Notes: generated by a model not told the origin, from the sequence alone. A stretch of DNA of 64,000 nucleotides from Callorhinchus milii (GCF_018977255.1 NW_024704751.1:7006001-7070000), one strand, 5' to 3'; positions 11,648-25,346 are shown, numbered from the stretch's first letter. Program-made: numbers and translations.

Positions 11648-14624
11648 GTAATGCAGTACAGTTACAAGCTGTTTGTTTGTACTGTCTGGCACCTTGAGTT
11701 ACCTACACTTGGGTAACTTGGGTTACTTTTAGTGACCATAGTTGTGGACAAACATTTCACAATTAATTTTCCAGTTACAGTTTACTCCAATTCATTTTTT
11801 TATTGTGATCTCAATTAATTTGTTCAATTTCTGCATTGAGTCCAGTTTAGCTATAATTTGATTCGGTTTGACTTAATTTGATACTGCTCAATTAAGATAG
11901 TTACTGCAAATTTTTACACGAGTTATGGTGTCTAAAACGTTCACATTTTTTTTCTTTTGATCCCCACAACATTCAATTATTTTTTATAGTGCTGCAGTTT
12001 ACACCACTTCCCCACCTAGAGCACAGGTGAGAGACCTATTCCGAGGTCTCCAGCACTAATCATTTGCTGGGAGATTTGTGAGAGTAAGATGAGTTTGAAG
12101 ACCCGTCTATTTTATCTCCATCCCTATCCTCATCTCTGATCTGCAGTAAAATGTCCCTTCCCTCAGCCTCCTCCCTCTTCCACTGTTGGCTGTGATCCGA
12201 GTCTCGTCATGTGGTGATCATGAACACAAACTCACACTGTAACAGTGGGCAACATCCTCTAAACCAAGATACTGGTTCCATCAGTAAAGTTGGTGGGAGA
12301 CACAATTCGCAACTGAAGCAAAACCTTATGGAAACTAATTGACACATTTGCTTTGGGTCAAATGTCAACGTAAGCTTTTGAATTCTCAATATTTTCAACA
12401 GATTTTCTAGCTTTTTGTATACATTCCTACCGACCCTCTAGTTCTTGTGGAATAGTGGTCAGTGAACTAAGAAAAACTTTTGCCTTTTTGCTGTCCAATG
12501 CCTGTTACTGTAGTTGAGGACATTTTAGGTTTTTTACCATTAATAACTATGGCTACTAAACATCTAACCCCTGATTATTATTTGCATTTAATTCCTTGTT
12601 TCCTCCACCCTATATTTGTTTGTTGAATCTTTCTAGACACTGATACCAAGATGACTAAAATTGTTGATAATAATGTGGATACAGTGTAATCATCTTCTCC
12701 ACGTTCTTCATTTAAGATGATTTAAGTTTGAATTTTATGTACAACTACAAATTGGGTAAATCACTTAGCAGTAAGCCCTACAGCAAACATGACTTGCACA
12801 GTGGCTGTTACAACTTGGAGAGTTATATAAATTTGTTTATGTAGTTGCTTTACAATATGTATGATAATCTTTTGGTCTTTTAGTTTATCATTTTAAAGCT
12901 TAATAGCACAGTAACTGCTAATTTTATGTGAACTTTTGGCATAGTGAGATGAATTTGCAACAATATAATTTAAGTTGCTTTTATGAATAATAATTTTTAT
13001 TTTAATGCTTCAGCAATGAAAAATGTTTGGCTAACCTATTTCATTACATGAACACATTGGGATAAAACAAACAGCAAATGTATTGAGTTAAACAGATAAC
13101 TATAAGGACTATAGTTCAGTCTACTGGCTGGAAAACTGCAATAAAGTATAGTAATTTAGGCATTTAAACTTAAATGTCCAATGGAACTTTTTCTTCAAAT
13201 ACTTGGTTAAGTTTTTAATGCTTGTGTTGGACGAGTGTATTTTAAGATAGAAATAATGCATCAGTATTTAGTAGAAAAAGTACATTTTATTGAAAACATC
13301 AGATCATAAACCTGTAACGAGATGTGTGCACTGTGGAAAATGAATTTTACAGAAAAGCTTTGACGCGACCCCAAACAAATTTCTGTTTAAATGTTTTGTG
13401 TTGTAAAATATTGGAACTGCTCATTTTGAGGCTTACAATCACCATTTAAATTACAGTTTTGTATTAATAGCTAAAAATTACTATATAACCAAAGCTAATT
13501 TAACAGCTGCCCTATTTCTGTACAAAGAATTTTCATCTTGTTACAAAACAAAAGTGATTTTTTTAACTCACCAGATCACTTTGATTTTTCTTTCATTTTA
13601 ACTTGTGTGGGGTATAAACACTGAGACGGTTGGGTCCTAAGGGCCTGTTTCCATTAACATTCAATGTAATTCTGTGTGTGTGTGTTGAAGGGCGGGGTGG
13701 TATTTGTGTGACTGTTTTCATTGTGTTTCATGTCATCTGTTCATTTGGAAATCTTTTGCTCCTCATTTCGCTACAGTGTGGGCTGGCAAATTGCGAGGTG
13801 CGTAATGATTGATTTAGGGGAGCTCAAAATTGGTACAAAACTCACATAAAAATGAACGTAGCCACTTTCTTATACATAATTCTGGTATTTTTGACGAGTT
13901 CATTAAAATGTAATCGTTAATAATTATCAGAATTGTAATGCATGATCAGTTTCAAATATCTAATGTAAAATTAATAGTCTTGAGTCAAAACTGTTCATAT
14001 TATAGTTTTTATTGCTTGCCTTAATCCAGTACTTCAATAGCTTTTTTAATATAAAATAAATTAAAAATTGCCCATTAAGTGTCTTCCTTTGAAGAAACAA
14101 ATTATCCATACAAATTATCTTTCCTGTCAGACCTAAAATGTGAAATAGCAGCAATTTTGAGCTCTTTCCCACTATCAACTTTTAGTAGTAAAGCAATTTC
14201 ATTATTGTAATACTTTAGGTGTGGTTATAATGGCCGCTTGCATACAAGGAAGTGTATTTTTTCCTCCGTTCTTGGTTTTATTTACTGCAGAAATCTTCCT
14301 TTTAGTTTGTAAGGGCAATAAATTTAAAATAATCATAAATGTAGATACTTTCTTTAGTTCTGTATAGGATTCTTAAAAGTGGGATTGTTCCAAAATGTAT
14401 GCTATACTTTGCAATTTTTAAATACATTTCAAGTTAGTATATTTGTTAACTAAAGATATTGCCTTTGTTTTATACGTATGTATTCTTTCCCTTTTCATTG
14501 TTCAAAATAGAAGAATTCTTCGACTTGTTTCAAGTACTAAAATTGTCTCCAGAACTTCTTGATGATGGTATAGTAGTTGTCTTATACCGAGCATACTGTG
14601 GATTGTAACCGGATTAGATGATGC

Positions 14625-14770
14625 ATTCATAGGAACATAGGAATTAGGAGCAGGAGTAGGCCATTTGGCCCCTTGAGCCTGCCCCGCCATTCAATAAGAT
14701 CATGCCTGATCTTCTAACCTAACTCCATCTGCCTGCCTTATCCCCATATCCCTTAATCCCTCTATCCTTC
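14625..14770 (-). mobile_element. CR1-LINE 3' end, or CR1-tailed SINE fragment
   Basis: cataggaacataggaattaggagcaggagtaggccatt...ccattcaataagatcatg, typical reversed CR1-type 3' end. Confidence 0.6.
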
Positions 14771-14860
14771 AGACAAAGCAGTGAATGAGTTGAGCAAAAC
14801 TATTCTAATAATGGTCTTCGAACATTGCACTTGTCATATTCATATTTTTATCAAAAACAG

Positions 14861-15030
14861 GAGAAGGCCAGGAGGTCAAAGCTCCAAGTCCGTCCATAAG
14901 CAGGCAAGCCAGCCTAGAAACAGACCGCGTTTCTAAGGACTTTATTGATTTCCTCAAACCCTTCCGCAGGGCTGGCCATGAAATCCTGAAACAGTGCAGA
15001 GCATTCATTGAGTCCATGAATAATAAAAAG
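14861..15030 (+). CDS. RABGEF1: RABGEF1 exon (start of helical bundle)
   Basis: EGQEVKAPSPSISRQASLETDRVSKDFIDFLK; acag| and |gtcagt. Confidence 0.92.
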
Positions 15031-15359
15031 GTCAGTTTTGATAAGTGTCTTTTTATAGGAATATCTGAATTTGAACATTAATCATATACATCCAGCATTT
15101 ACTTATCTGCAGTGTGGACCAATAGACTTAATATCTGCCTGAACTAAAGTACGTTTTTTAAAGATGTTTAACCAGTAAAATCAATAAATGTTATGATTTG
15201 GAAATACATATTTGATAAGCAGTGGCTTCTGATGTGATATGTATTGATGATTTTGACTTGCGCTGTATAGGTTATCTATTCTCATATACTCATAAGAAGT
15301 AAATCAAAAGACATTCCTAACTCACTAAGATTTGTATTTTCCCATTTGCTTAATGTCAG

Positions 15360-15447
15360 GAAATGAATATTGAGGAGCAGTCTGAGTATGTGCAGGACTT
15401 CTATCAGAATATAGTGGATCGTCTGCAGACTCAATCCACGTTTAAAG
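15360..15447 (+). CDS. RABGEF1: RABGEF1 exon (helical bundle)
   Basis: EMNIEEQSEYVQDFYQNIVDRLQTQSTFK; tcag| and |gtatt. Confidence 0.92.
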
Positions 15448-17077
15448 GTATTTATTTTTGTGCTTTAATTCTGCTTGACCTTTCTTTTCCTTTTTTTCTC
15501 TTAATTTATCTCTCTTCCAAATCCCCCTCCCCCATCTAACCTTTATTCCCTTAAAAAATAAGTTTAAGCTCTTTTGCTTGTCTGCAAAAGTCCACAGGGT
15601 TGGATAGAAACTGCAGAACAACTTAACACAAATTGCTGCCAAGTTTACTCTGAAAAACAGCCTCCACTCAGTTAATGATTTGACTGCCTTGATTTTTCTT
15701 TTAGTCCAGTTAAGCAGAACAATATTACCCTGTTTGCAGGTGGTATGTTCCCATCACCTGCCAACTCTATTCTTGAACGTGGTGCTAGGAGGCCTGTGGG
15801 ATTGGAGTGGTATATTTAGACTTTTTAAAAAAAAAATTGCCTCCCTTGAGTTTCATTCCATGGCATCTCCATGTTAACTCGTCTCTGATTAGGAGCTATG
15901 TTAAGAAATCACTGAGATCAATCTGCATCCAAGCTTTACATATCTTTGCATGATGTATTGTTCTTTTTTTAGAGTTCATTGAGTATTGTGCTCCCCGCAG
16001 GTTCGTTTAGAATTCAGTATTTTCAGTCTTGAGAGTAGATCAGAAAAATATTGAAGTACATGGCTCTGGTTTTGAGCAGGTTAACTTTTTGGGTGCGTTT
16101 AAGGACTTTAAAAAATGAAAATGGGTGAGACATTAAATTACTGTTCCCCCCCCACTAACATCTGGAATAGCACATTGCAGAAAAATCTGACATTGCTTAG
16201 TACGGTATGAGTCAGTAACTTGTATAATATGTGGCACAATGTGGAGTACAATTATTTTTATATAGGAATGTTTTTTGTATTAGAACCTGTTAGTGCAGAC
16301 GACTCAAAAGTTTTGGGACTAATTCGAAGCGCATGTTTTTTTTCCAGGCTGGTATTATGAAAGCACTTTTGTGAAAGTCCTGAGCATGTGTGTTAAATTA
16401 ACACTAAATAAAAGTATAAATCGTCACCTTTATACCCTTGGGCATGCACGTTTTTCATCAATTTTATCTATTTTATCAATAATAATTAAACCATAACAAT
16501 AGTTTGCTTTAATTACAATAAATCAGTATAAATATTTAATAGTAACATTTTACATACCAAGGGAAGATGCATTATCTTTGGGCATTTTATTTTTGCATTA
16601 GATGCAGGATCAGATAGGAACAGAATTCTTGTGACACTGCAGTTATATTTAGCTGTTATTTATAAAGCCAGACTTTATTGAATATGCCACATTGACTCCT
16701 AAAGCTTCTAAATCACTGTGGCATATGTGCTTACTAACTTGCCTGGATTATTATTATTTTGCCCACAAATATATAGTCAATTAACTTCACAGCATATTCT
16801 GTGAAGCGCTTTGAGGCTTCTAGAAGACGTGAAAAACGCTAAATCAAATGCAAAGATAATTATTATTATTGGAAGGGGTCTGTTTAGAGCTTAAAGTAAT
16901 ACCCAGCCACAAAACTGGCTCATGTAATATTTTGGAGTTGTAGTTCTTTGAGTTTTTAATATTCCTCAAATGTTTTACTTAACCCAGCCTTAATCGAATT
17001 TTGTGGTCCTCATTGTAATCTGCTTTTGATGTTTTTTTTGCCCTGTGAATCAATTTTCATGTACCTAATTATTTCAG

Positions 17078-17210
17078 GTTCCTCTGAACGTATAGAGAAT
17101 GTAATGGATCAGATTGAAAAATACATCATGACCCGGCTGTACAAACATGTGTTTTGTCCCGAAACTACTGATGATGAGAAGAAAGATCTTGCAATCCAGA
17201 AAAGAATTAG
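17078..17210 (+). CDS. RABGEF1: RABGEF1 exon
   Basis: SSERIENVMDQIEKYIMTRLYKHVFCPETTDDEKKDLAIQKRIR; |gtgagt. Confidence 0.95.
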
Positions 17211-17478
17211 GTGAGTTATCTTTTCCTTTTGGATTTTCAAATAAGCTTAGGAATGATGTGGTAGACATCTCTCTGATTTTATTACAGGAAATGAAATCAA
17301 TTCCTACATGTTTATGGATTTGGTTGGAGTTAATTGCTTTGAACCACAGAGCAGTAATATCAACTGGACAAAGAAGTAATGGTTTAGGTAAATGTTTAGT
17401 TGAATGTGAAATTGATGCAGGTACTAAATGTACTTTTTTTTACATAAAATTCTTTTTTCCCCCCCCCCTGTTCTCCAG

Positions 17479-17570
17479 GGCATTACACTGGGTGACTCCG
17501 GAAATGCTTTGTGTCCCAGTGAATGAAGACATCCCTGAAGTTAATGACTTGGTTGTAAAGGCAATTACAG
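17479..17570 (+). CDS. RABGEF1: RABGEF1 exon
   Basis: ALHWVTPEMLCVPVNEDIPEVNDLVVKAIT; ccag| and |gttt. Confidence 0.94.
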
Positions 17571-17614
17571 GTTTGTATTATCTATTATTTGGCTCAGTAT
17601 GTGTCTGCCTGACT

Positions 17615-18003
17615 CACTTTGCAGCTGGCTTGGCTCAAAGTCCGAAGTTTGTGTGTTCAACCCCTACATTGGGACTTTGAAACTCATTGTTTAGGGTAAC
17701 ACTCCAGTGCAGTGCTGGGGGAGGTGCTGTCCTTCGGATGAGACATTAAAGAAGCCCCATCTGCCTGTTCAAGTGGACGCTAAAAATCCTATGGCACTAT
17801 CTGAAAAGTCTCCTAGCCAACAATCCCACAAATAAAATTTGCTGTTCGCTTCGAGGCGGTGGGATATGACTATTATTATGTGCTGATCAGCTGCCCAGTT
17901 CACCTACAACATACACAGTCACTACACTTTATAGTAAATCCCGTGAAGTGCTTTGAGGCATCCTCCTGATGTGTGAGGCTCTGTCAAATGCAAGGATTAT
18001 TAT
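17615..18003 (+). mobile_element. Deu-domain-type tRNA SINE, near full length
   Basis: B-box-like gttcaacccc; cttcggatgagacattaaa..gtggacgctaaaaatcctatggcactat; L2 tail tcaaatgcaaggattattatt. Confidence 0.7.
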
Positions 18004-18678
18004 TTTGTGGGAGCAGGGGGAGAGGATGTTGTGAAATCCTTTGAAAACCTACTACAAATTAAATCCTTTAGATGGCAAAAGTTTTGTGTTTTTTACTATT
18101 TTCTAAAAATAAGGAGTTCAGCAAAGTGTATTGTGTAATTTTTTGAAAATTTTGCACAACTTTCATTTCAAATCACTTTACTCAACATTTGTAAAAACGG
18201 TAGTTGTATCTGTGTATGAACTGAACATTATTTGCTGGTATCATTTACTGTTGAAAATCAGAAAAATATAGATTTCTATTAACTGTAAAAATAACACTGC
18301 TATTAACTAATATTTTATAGTGTAAATAGAACATGCTTTGGTCATGCTTGCACTTTTTTTTAGGGGGTAAAATAAACGTTGAATATCTCCCAAACAACAA
18401 ACAAGCTGTGAACAAAGTAAATTATTTATCCTGAACCTAATGTAAGGAATATTAATATATGGAACGGATTGATATCTAATGTTTACCTCTTCAGCAATTA
18501 GCTTTAGTGAACTCATGTGGTGCAATGAATTGAGATTTGGTGCCACCATGTGTCTGAAAAATGTATTTGTAAGGAGTGTTCTTTAGGGCAGTAGCTAGCA
18601 AATGGAAACCAAGAAAAAACTTGCACTAACACTGGCTTGATAGAGTGTAAATAATCCATATTCTGCATTTTCATACAG

Positions 18679-18935
18679 ATGTCATAGAAGTGGACTCCAA
18701 ACGGGTTCCACGTGAAAAGCTGGGTTGCGTTACCCAGTGTAGCAAGCATATCTTCAATGCCATCAAGATCACCAAGAACGAACCTGCTTCCGCTGATGAC
18801 TTCTTGCCCACACTTATCTACATTGTTTTAAAGGCAAACCCGCCTCGTTTACAGTCAAACATTCAGTACATAACTCGGTTCTGCAATCCGAGCAGGCTCA
18901 TGACTGGGGAAGATGGATATTACTTCACTAATTTA
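18679..18935 (+). CDS. RABGEF1: RABGEF1 exon: VPS9 catalytic core
   Basis: [52 protein letters not shown]; 257 nt. Confidence 0.97.
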
Positions 18936-19052
18936 GTAAGTGGAAGCTGTTAAATGAGCGAATAACTGCCAGAGTTAGTTTAGTTTGCCTTTTTAAAAAA
19001 TGTTCATTTTTTTGTCTAATTAACTTTAATGTGTCGCATATCTCGATTGCAG

Positions 19053-19436
19053 TGCTGTGCAGTTGCCTTTATTGAAAAACTGGATGCTCAGTCTCTGAAC
19101 CTGACTGAGGAAGATTTTGATCGCTACATGTCTGGCCAGTCATCCCCCAAGAAGCAGGACTCTGACACGTCCCCGGGATTCTCGCAAATGTACAAAAACT
19201 TAAGCCTTATTTCACAGCTGAACGAAAAACAGGAACAAATTATGTCAGGTACCAAGAAGCTGGAAAAAGACCTCATCGATTGGAGCGAAGGTGTAAGCAA
19301 AGATGTCCAAGATATTATCGAGAAGTATCCACTCGATATCAAACCACGAAGCCAGCCAGTGGCTGCCATCGATTCTGACAATGTAGAAAATGATAAGCTT
19401 CCACCGCCTATTGAGCCACAAGTCTTTGCTAGCTGA
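19053..19436 (+). CDS. RABGEF1: RABGEF1 last coding exon (end of VPS9, coiled coil, Pro-rich tail)
   Basis: CCAVAFIEKLDAQSLNL...DSDNVENDKLPPPIEPQVFAS*. Confidence 0.96.
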   Translation, partial: CCAVAFIEKLDAQSLNLTEEDFDRYMSGQSSPKKQDSDTSPGFSQMYKNLSLISQLNEKQEQIMSGTKKLEKDLIDWSEGVSKDVQDIIEKYPLDIKPRSQPVAAIDSDNVENDKLPPPIEPQVFAS

Positions 19437-22400
19437 AGAAAACAAAATGGAATTGAATGGCAAGCCCGGGACAATGTAAAGTTCTGAGGGTTGTTTATTG
19501 TCCCCAGAAGCTGTTTGATAGCTGTGGTTTGGTCACAGAGAGAATGGTAGAGTTACTGTACTTCAGCTAAAGATGAAGGGAAATGGTTGAAGGTAATAAG
19601 TATAATTCAACTGTAAGGTTCGAGCTGGGATTCATAGCATATTAATATATACCCGTTTGGCAAAGTGAGGGTTGACCTGAGATTTCCAAGGAACAAACTA
19701 AAATCATCCTCTGTCTAGTTTCATTACTATGCATTTTCTTCTCAGAACAGGTGGTGAAACCCATACTCACCATTTTGTCTCCAACATAGAAAGTGGAGCA
19801 GAATTACAGAATGCATTTCCCCATTAGGTACTCTTGTCATGTTGTGCAATAAACATCTTATAAAATTAATTTTCCAAGTCAGTTCAGTAACACTAAATGG
19901 TATGACGTGAGATGAGATTTTGATTAGGAGTGGGGGGACGCAAATACCTTTAAGAACTTTACAAAGTGAATTTCACACCAAGTAATGCACAACTGTTTGT
20001 TTGGAATAGTTCAGAGAAGATGCTTGATTTTAAATGACAACTGCAGAGACAGATTCTTGTTACAATATGAAATTATTTAGCAATAGTACCAAGTACACTC
20101 CTGCTTCCATTAGCTATGGAATTTTCCAAATTGTGCAAATAATAATTGTATAACTCGGTTTTCTACTTTAACTGCAAGCTTGGGATCAGTCATTAGAAGA
20201 GCTGTTTATAAACCTACCCTCATTTAGATAAGTGAAAACATGGCGTAAACCAACATTGATCAAATGACACTTGTTCATTTGAACTGGGAGAGTTATCCAA
20301 GTATTTGTTTATAAACTTGTTTATAAACTTGTAAAAAAAAATAATAAAACCCGGTAGACAATTGTGCTGCTTCATTATATTCTGCATTAAGTAAGGCTCC
20401 ACAACCCCAACATTTGTGATGTATGCTACACTGAGCTTTGTGTCATCTGTGATGAAGAACTGTATCGGTTGCTTTGTATCAGTTTTGTTAATTCTGCCAG
20501 CTTTCGTTTTTTTCTTATAAATACAGCGGTCGTCTTTCACAAATTCCATTTCGCAAAGGTTTCAATTTCCAACTGGGCTTTCTAAAGTTGCAAGTACATC
20601 TGTAAAGAGCAGTAAGCAGTGTGGTATGGATTTGCACTGACAAGTGCATGATGCCAGTTAATATACAGAATAGACTCAGATTTCAGAATTTCCCACAGAG
20701 GCGTTTTAAACTTTCTTCCATACTTACTCTGCAAAGCACCTCAACAGCTATGAAATAATTTGTGATAGCGGATTATGTGGAAGTTCAGTAACTTAGCTTT
20801 TTTTTACTGATCTAACTAGCCTCCTAATATCAGGATCTTAATTGTATTATGCATTCCAATTTGATTTGGTAAACAACTTTATAACAAAGTTACTAACTCT
20901 TTGCCTGATTGTTCATAACTTAGAGAACTGAGCCATCCGAAGTGCAAGACTTGGCGTGGTTTCTATGTGAACGCCTTCCTTCGACACAGATATCCTATAA
21001 AGTTGACATTGTTTGTGTTGGTCAGACTTCCCTTGAACAGACATTGAATGAAAATGTTAGCTTTTTGTGATCACTCACTCCACTGTTGTAGCCCTGCCTG
21101 TCAGGGTGGGAATTCAAAAGCACATCCTCTTTAAGCATCTCCACCAAGAATCCTACGATTCTGGTAAATCAGTGCAATTTGTTTGTGTGTACTTTTTGCT
21201 GTGTTTTTTAAATATATAGGTTATTAAAGTCTATGATGAGATGAAAACGTGTCTTTTACATTGTTTTAACCTCAGTGTTTATAGGTTTGGTGGGAAAATG
21301 GCATCTGGTTGACGATCTCCTGTTGGACGTCATTTGAGCAGCAAGGACAGAGTTTAAAAATCAGTGGATGTTGAATTGTTTGAGATCTTAGGACCGTCGT
21401 TTACCTTCATTTAACTTCTGATAGTTCAATAGGTTGAGCTTTTACCGGGTTAACCATGTTATTGAAACAAAATGCTAATCAACAATCAGTCTATAATATG
21501 TGTGAATGATTCGAAAGTTATTGACCAGTAGCAAGTTCTTAAAGGTTGAAACATACTTCCTTTCCTTTTGGCTTCTCCTACCAAAACATGTAAAGTCTGG
21601 TCATTTTGTAGTTTTAGTAGCAGGACATGGGAATGTCTTGAAACCTTTGCAGTTATATATCTGATTAAACTGACTTTGTTTCATTATGGTACTGTACCCA
21701 TACCAGAGAGAAATTAAATGATTATGAGAAATATCATCAACTAAAAGTTTGGAATGTGTAACCTACTGATTCACCTGTTGCCCCGACTTCCAACCCCTAT
21801 GCTTTTAGTTCACCTCCACCGACGGCAATCATAGTATTTCTGATTTTACTAGTTAGTGTACATTCTGATGAAAATGTAACCGCTTTATAGAACTTTATAC
21901 CGCTTTATACAGGTGAATTACTGCTACGACCACCCTATTTTAGTGTCCAGGTGAAACTTATTATTTTTTGAACGTTCCAAAAAAATGAGCATTCTCACTG
22001 GCATTGTGACTTATATTCCAGAATATCCATGCTACCATCCTCCCCATCCTTGCATCGTCGAGTTGTTTCTGAAATGAAGCTGGCGTTGTCATCGCAACAG
22101 CTTTCCTGGTAACCCATGTCAGTTTTAATTACCCTCTGGGTAAAATGGTTTGGGAGTGTGCTTTCCTTCACTTGATGTCGTCGTGATCATTTATTACTCG
22201 TTTCTTGAGTCATTGCAATTTCATCGTTACAAATTGATGAAATTGGATCTGATATTGACAGTGAACCACAATTCTAATCTCGAATTTGGTGATGGTTTTG
22301 GTGGACGACACAACACCAAAATTAAGGAACTGAGTGCTTTTGAGAGCAAAACTTCAATCTCCTTCATTATCTTAATGGAGAGAACATTCTTTTCCATTTA

Positions 22401-23410
22401 GCAGCACTCATAACAAGTAACCTAACCTAACAAAATAATATTTGCGTATCATCAGCAGAGTCAACTCCATAAAGAAGCTATCATAGACAGACTGCTGAAC
22501 CACTAGAAAGGAAAATATCTTGCACTGACCAGCTGAAAAAAATGAATACTAGATTTGATTTTGATAGTAGGCTCCATTATCTTTGGATAAAGTAGATTCT
22601 TGCTGCCTCAGATATGTCTTTGTGGGGAAAAAAAACACTATTAGCTGATAGCTCTTAACAATGCTCAGATAAAGGTTGAAACTTGCCCTCCTTTCACCTT
22701 TCAGGTGCTAAGAATCTGACACAACACAGTGTACTGCATATCTCTGACAAATATGATTATACTTACCAATAATGACCATAAATCTCAATGTTCAGAACTA
22801 CAATGGCATAGTTGTAGCTTAGCACAATGGAATTGAACAAAGTGGAACAAAAATTAAGCACAAAACTATCAATGTTATAATTAAAAGGCATAACAAAACT
22901 TGGCCGGTTATTTGTATTCCATCTTGAGGCACTGTATTGCTCTGTTGCCCTTCCATTTGACATCAGTTAAATCACCGTGGACCAGTTGTTGAAATTGAGG
23001 TTCACTCTAGTTCTACAATGACTCAAATGCTGCAATTTTGCACAATGTTTTTTTTAGAAGGGTTTGAAAGCAGAGAGGAAGGGCGAGGACTTAAGGCGTT
23101 TTAAAGAAGCAGGGACATAGTGGCTGAAAGTTTTTGATTTAGGTTTTGAAATCTAGGAAAGGCACAATTGCTCTATTACATTTTGCATATAAATGTTACT
23201 ATTAGCAGACAAAATACTCTCGTGTAAGAATTTGTCTCACGTGGGCATTGTGTGACGTATCTTTTATGCTGCAGATAAGACATTTATCAGAAATTAATTT
23301 CAATACTGTATACCATATTTTGATAAGCCAGTATTAGACATGATGCTTTATTGTGCTTTTGGGTGTTTGGGATTGCACAAATGTAATAAATCATTGCTTG
23401 TAATTACAGG
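19437..23410 (+). other. RABGEF1: Probable long RABGEF1 3' UTR with proximal (19848) and distal (23385) AATAAA signals
   Basis: AT-rich stretch with no recognised repeats, containing poly(A) hexamers; true end not provable from sequence. Confidence 0.45.
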
Positions 23411-24779
23411 ATAGCAATTGTGCAAGTGCCATAGAAATCATAGGAGCTCATTCATCAAACTAAATATGTCTGTTTTTGCAAGTGAGCAGATGGCATTGAA
23501 CTGAGCAATCTTTATTTCGAATAAATGTCATCCTTCCTAGTGATTTAAATTCTGTGCCCCACCTCTCCTCCCTCCCCCCACCCCATAGACACATATATTC
23601 TGTATAAAAATAATAAATGTTTCTGAATTGGACAACTCTTGCAGCGAAAGTAAGTTTTGTTTGCCATTCATAGGGCGAATCTTTACAAGTGTGTGCCAAG
23701 TTGATCACGTGGATTGAAAGACAAAGGCCAAAGGAAAGGTGAGAAAACAAACACATCGCAAGAGATTGATTCTGTTCCTTCTTTTATTAAAACATTATTG
23801 GGAGATTCAGCTGCTACACAGCGGAGACTATAGTTGCATTTCGGCTTCAAATTACATTCGCACTTAGGCTGTGTCCAGGGAATGAATTTCTTAGTCTGTT
23901 TCAACTACTGAAGAGAGAAGGAAAACTGACCAGGGAGTTAATTCCATAAAGTATGGCAGGTTAACTGAGGAACCATCTGTGGCAATAGACTTAAGAGTAA
24001 ACTGTTTCCTAACACAAATTTACTCCCAGGTATATATTTCCTCCCGTTCCTTCTTCCCTTTGAGAAAACCTGTTTTATAGCTATTAATTGAGAATCACAG
24101 TTACTCATTTCTTAAAAACGAAGCTCATGTAGGGAAAAAATCACAGACAATCCACAGACAGCTTTGGTGATCATAAATCACACTCTGAGCATCTTAAAAC
24201 AAGGTCCATTGGACTGTTATCAGTTGATGCTAAGTGTCCTGACTAACAACGTTCCAGATTAACCGGTCAATCACCCACAAATGCACAGTAACTGGACGTG
24301 ACAACGATTACCTGAGACGTTTTGACATTTATCAAACTCAAGAAGTGGTATTGAAAGTGACGTAATTCATTATTCTTTTTAAAAATCTGCGTAAACGCAT
24401 GTTGTTATTAAAAGGATGATATATAAATGCAAGTTATAATACTTAGACACAAACAATTGTAATAAACAAATGCAAGTTATCAATACATTTAAGTTGATCA
24501 TAAACAAATGCAAGTCATTCAAGTTATGATAAATAATAATCCTTGCATTCGATATAACGCCGTATCACGTCGTTTGATATAACGCCTCATCACGTCTCAA
24601 AAGCGCTTCACAGAATGCGCCGCAACGTGGATCGACCGCGCATTTTGATGGGCGGAACGCGCAAGGTGCAGTAAAAAGTGGACGAGTGAATAAATGCAAG
24701 TGAGGTGCAAGTGCAAGCCGCTGCGGGCGCACGAATCGATGCGAGTCGTACGCAGCGTGAGACGCAAGTTGACGGCGTT

Positions 24780-25346
24780 GCCATCAAATGCAAATTAAAT
24801 CCGAATGCAAGCTGCGGGGGGGGGGGGGGGGGGGGGGAGTACAGTAAATGCAAGTTACGGCATTGCAATTAAATGCAAATTAAATCTAAATGCAAGCTGT
24901 GGGTGGGGGGGGGGGTACAGTAATGCAATGCAATGCAATTAAATACAAATTAAATCTAAATGCAAGTGGGGGGGGGGTGGTGGGGGGGAGGGGGGGGGGG
25001 GTACAGTAAATGCAAGTTATGGCATTGCAATTAAATGCAAATTAAATCTAAATGCAAGCTGTGGGGGGGGGGTGGGGGGGGGAGGGGGGGTGGGGGGGGG
25101 GGTACAGTAAATGCAAGTATGGCATTGCAATTAAATGCAAATTAAATCTAAATGCAAGCTGTGGGGGGGGTTGGGGTGGTGGGGGGGAGGGGGGGGGTAC
25201 AGTAAATGCAAGTTACGGCAATGCAATTAAATGCAATTAAATGCAAGTTACGGCAATGCAATTAAATGCAATTAAATGCCAGCTTATGCATATATAAATA
25301 TAATATATATGTATATATATATATATGCATGAGCTTGCATTTAATT
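24780..25346. repeat. ~90-100-bp tandem repeat (aaatgcaagtt..gcattgcaattaaatgcaaattaaatctaaatgcaagctg + G-tract), 4-5 copies
   Basis: Units visible directly. Confidence 0.85.

Noticed and set aside
24780-25280. Repeat-spacer appearance resembling a CRISPR array
   Set aside because: The spacers are poly-G tracts, the DNA is vertebrate, and no cas genes are present.
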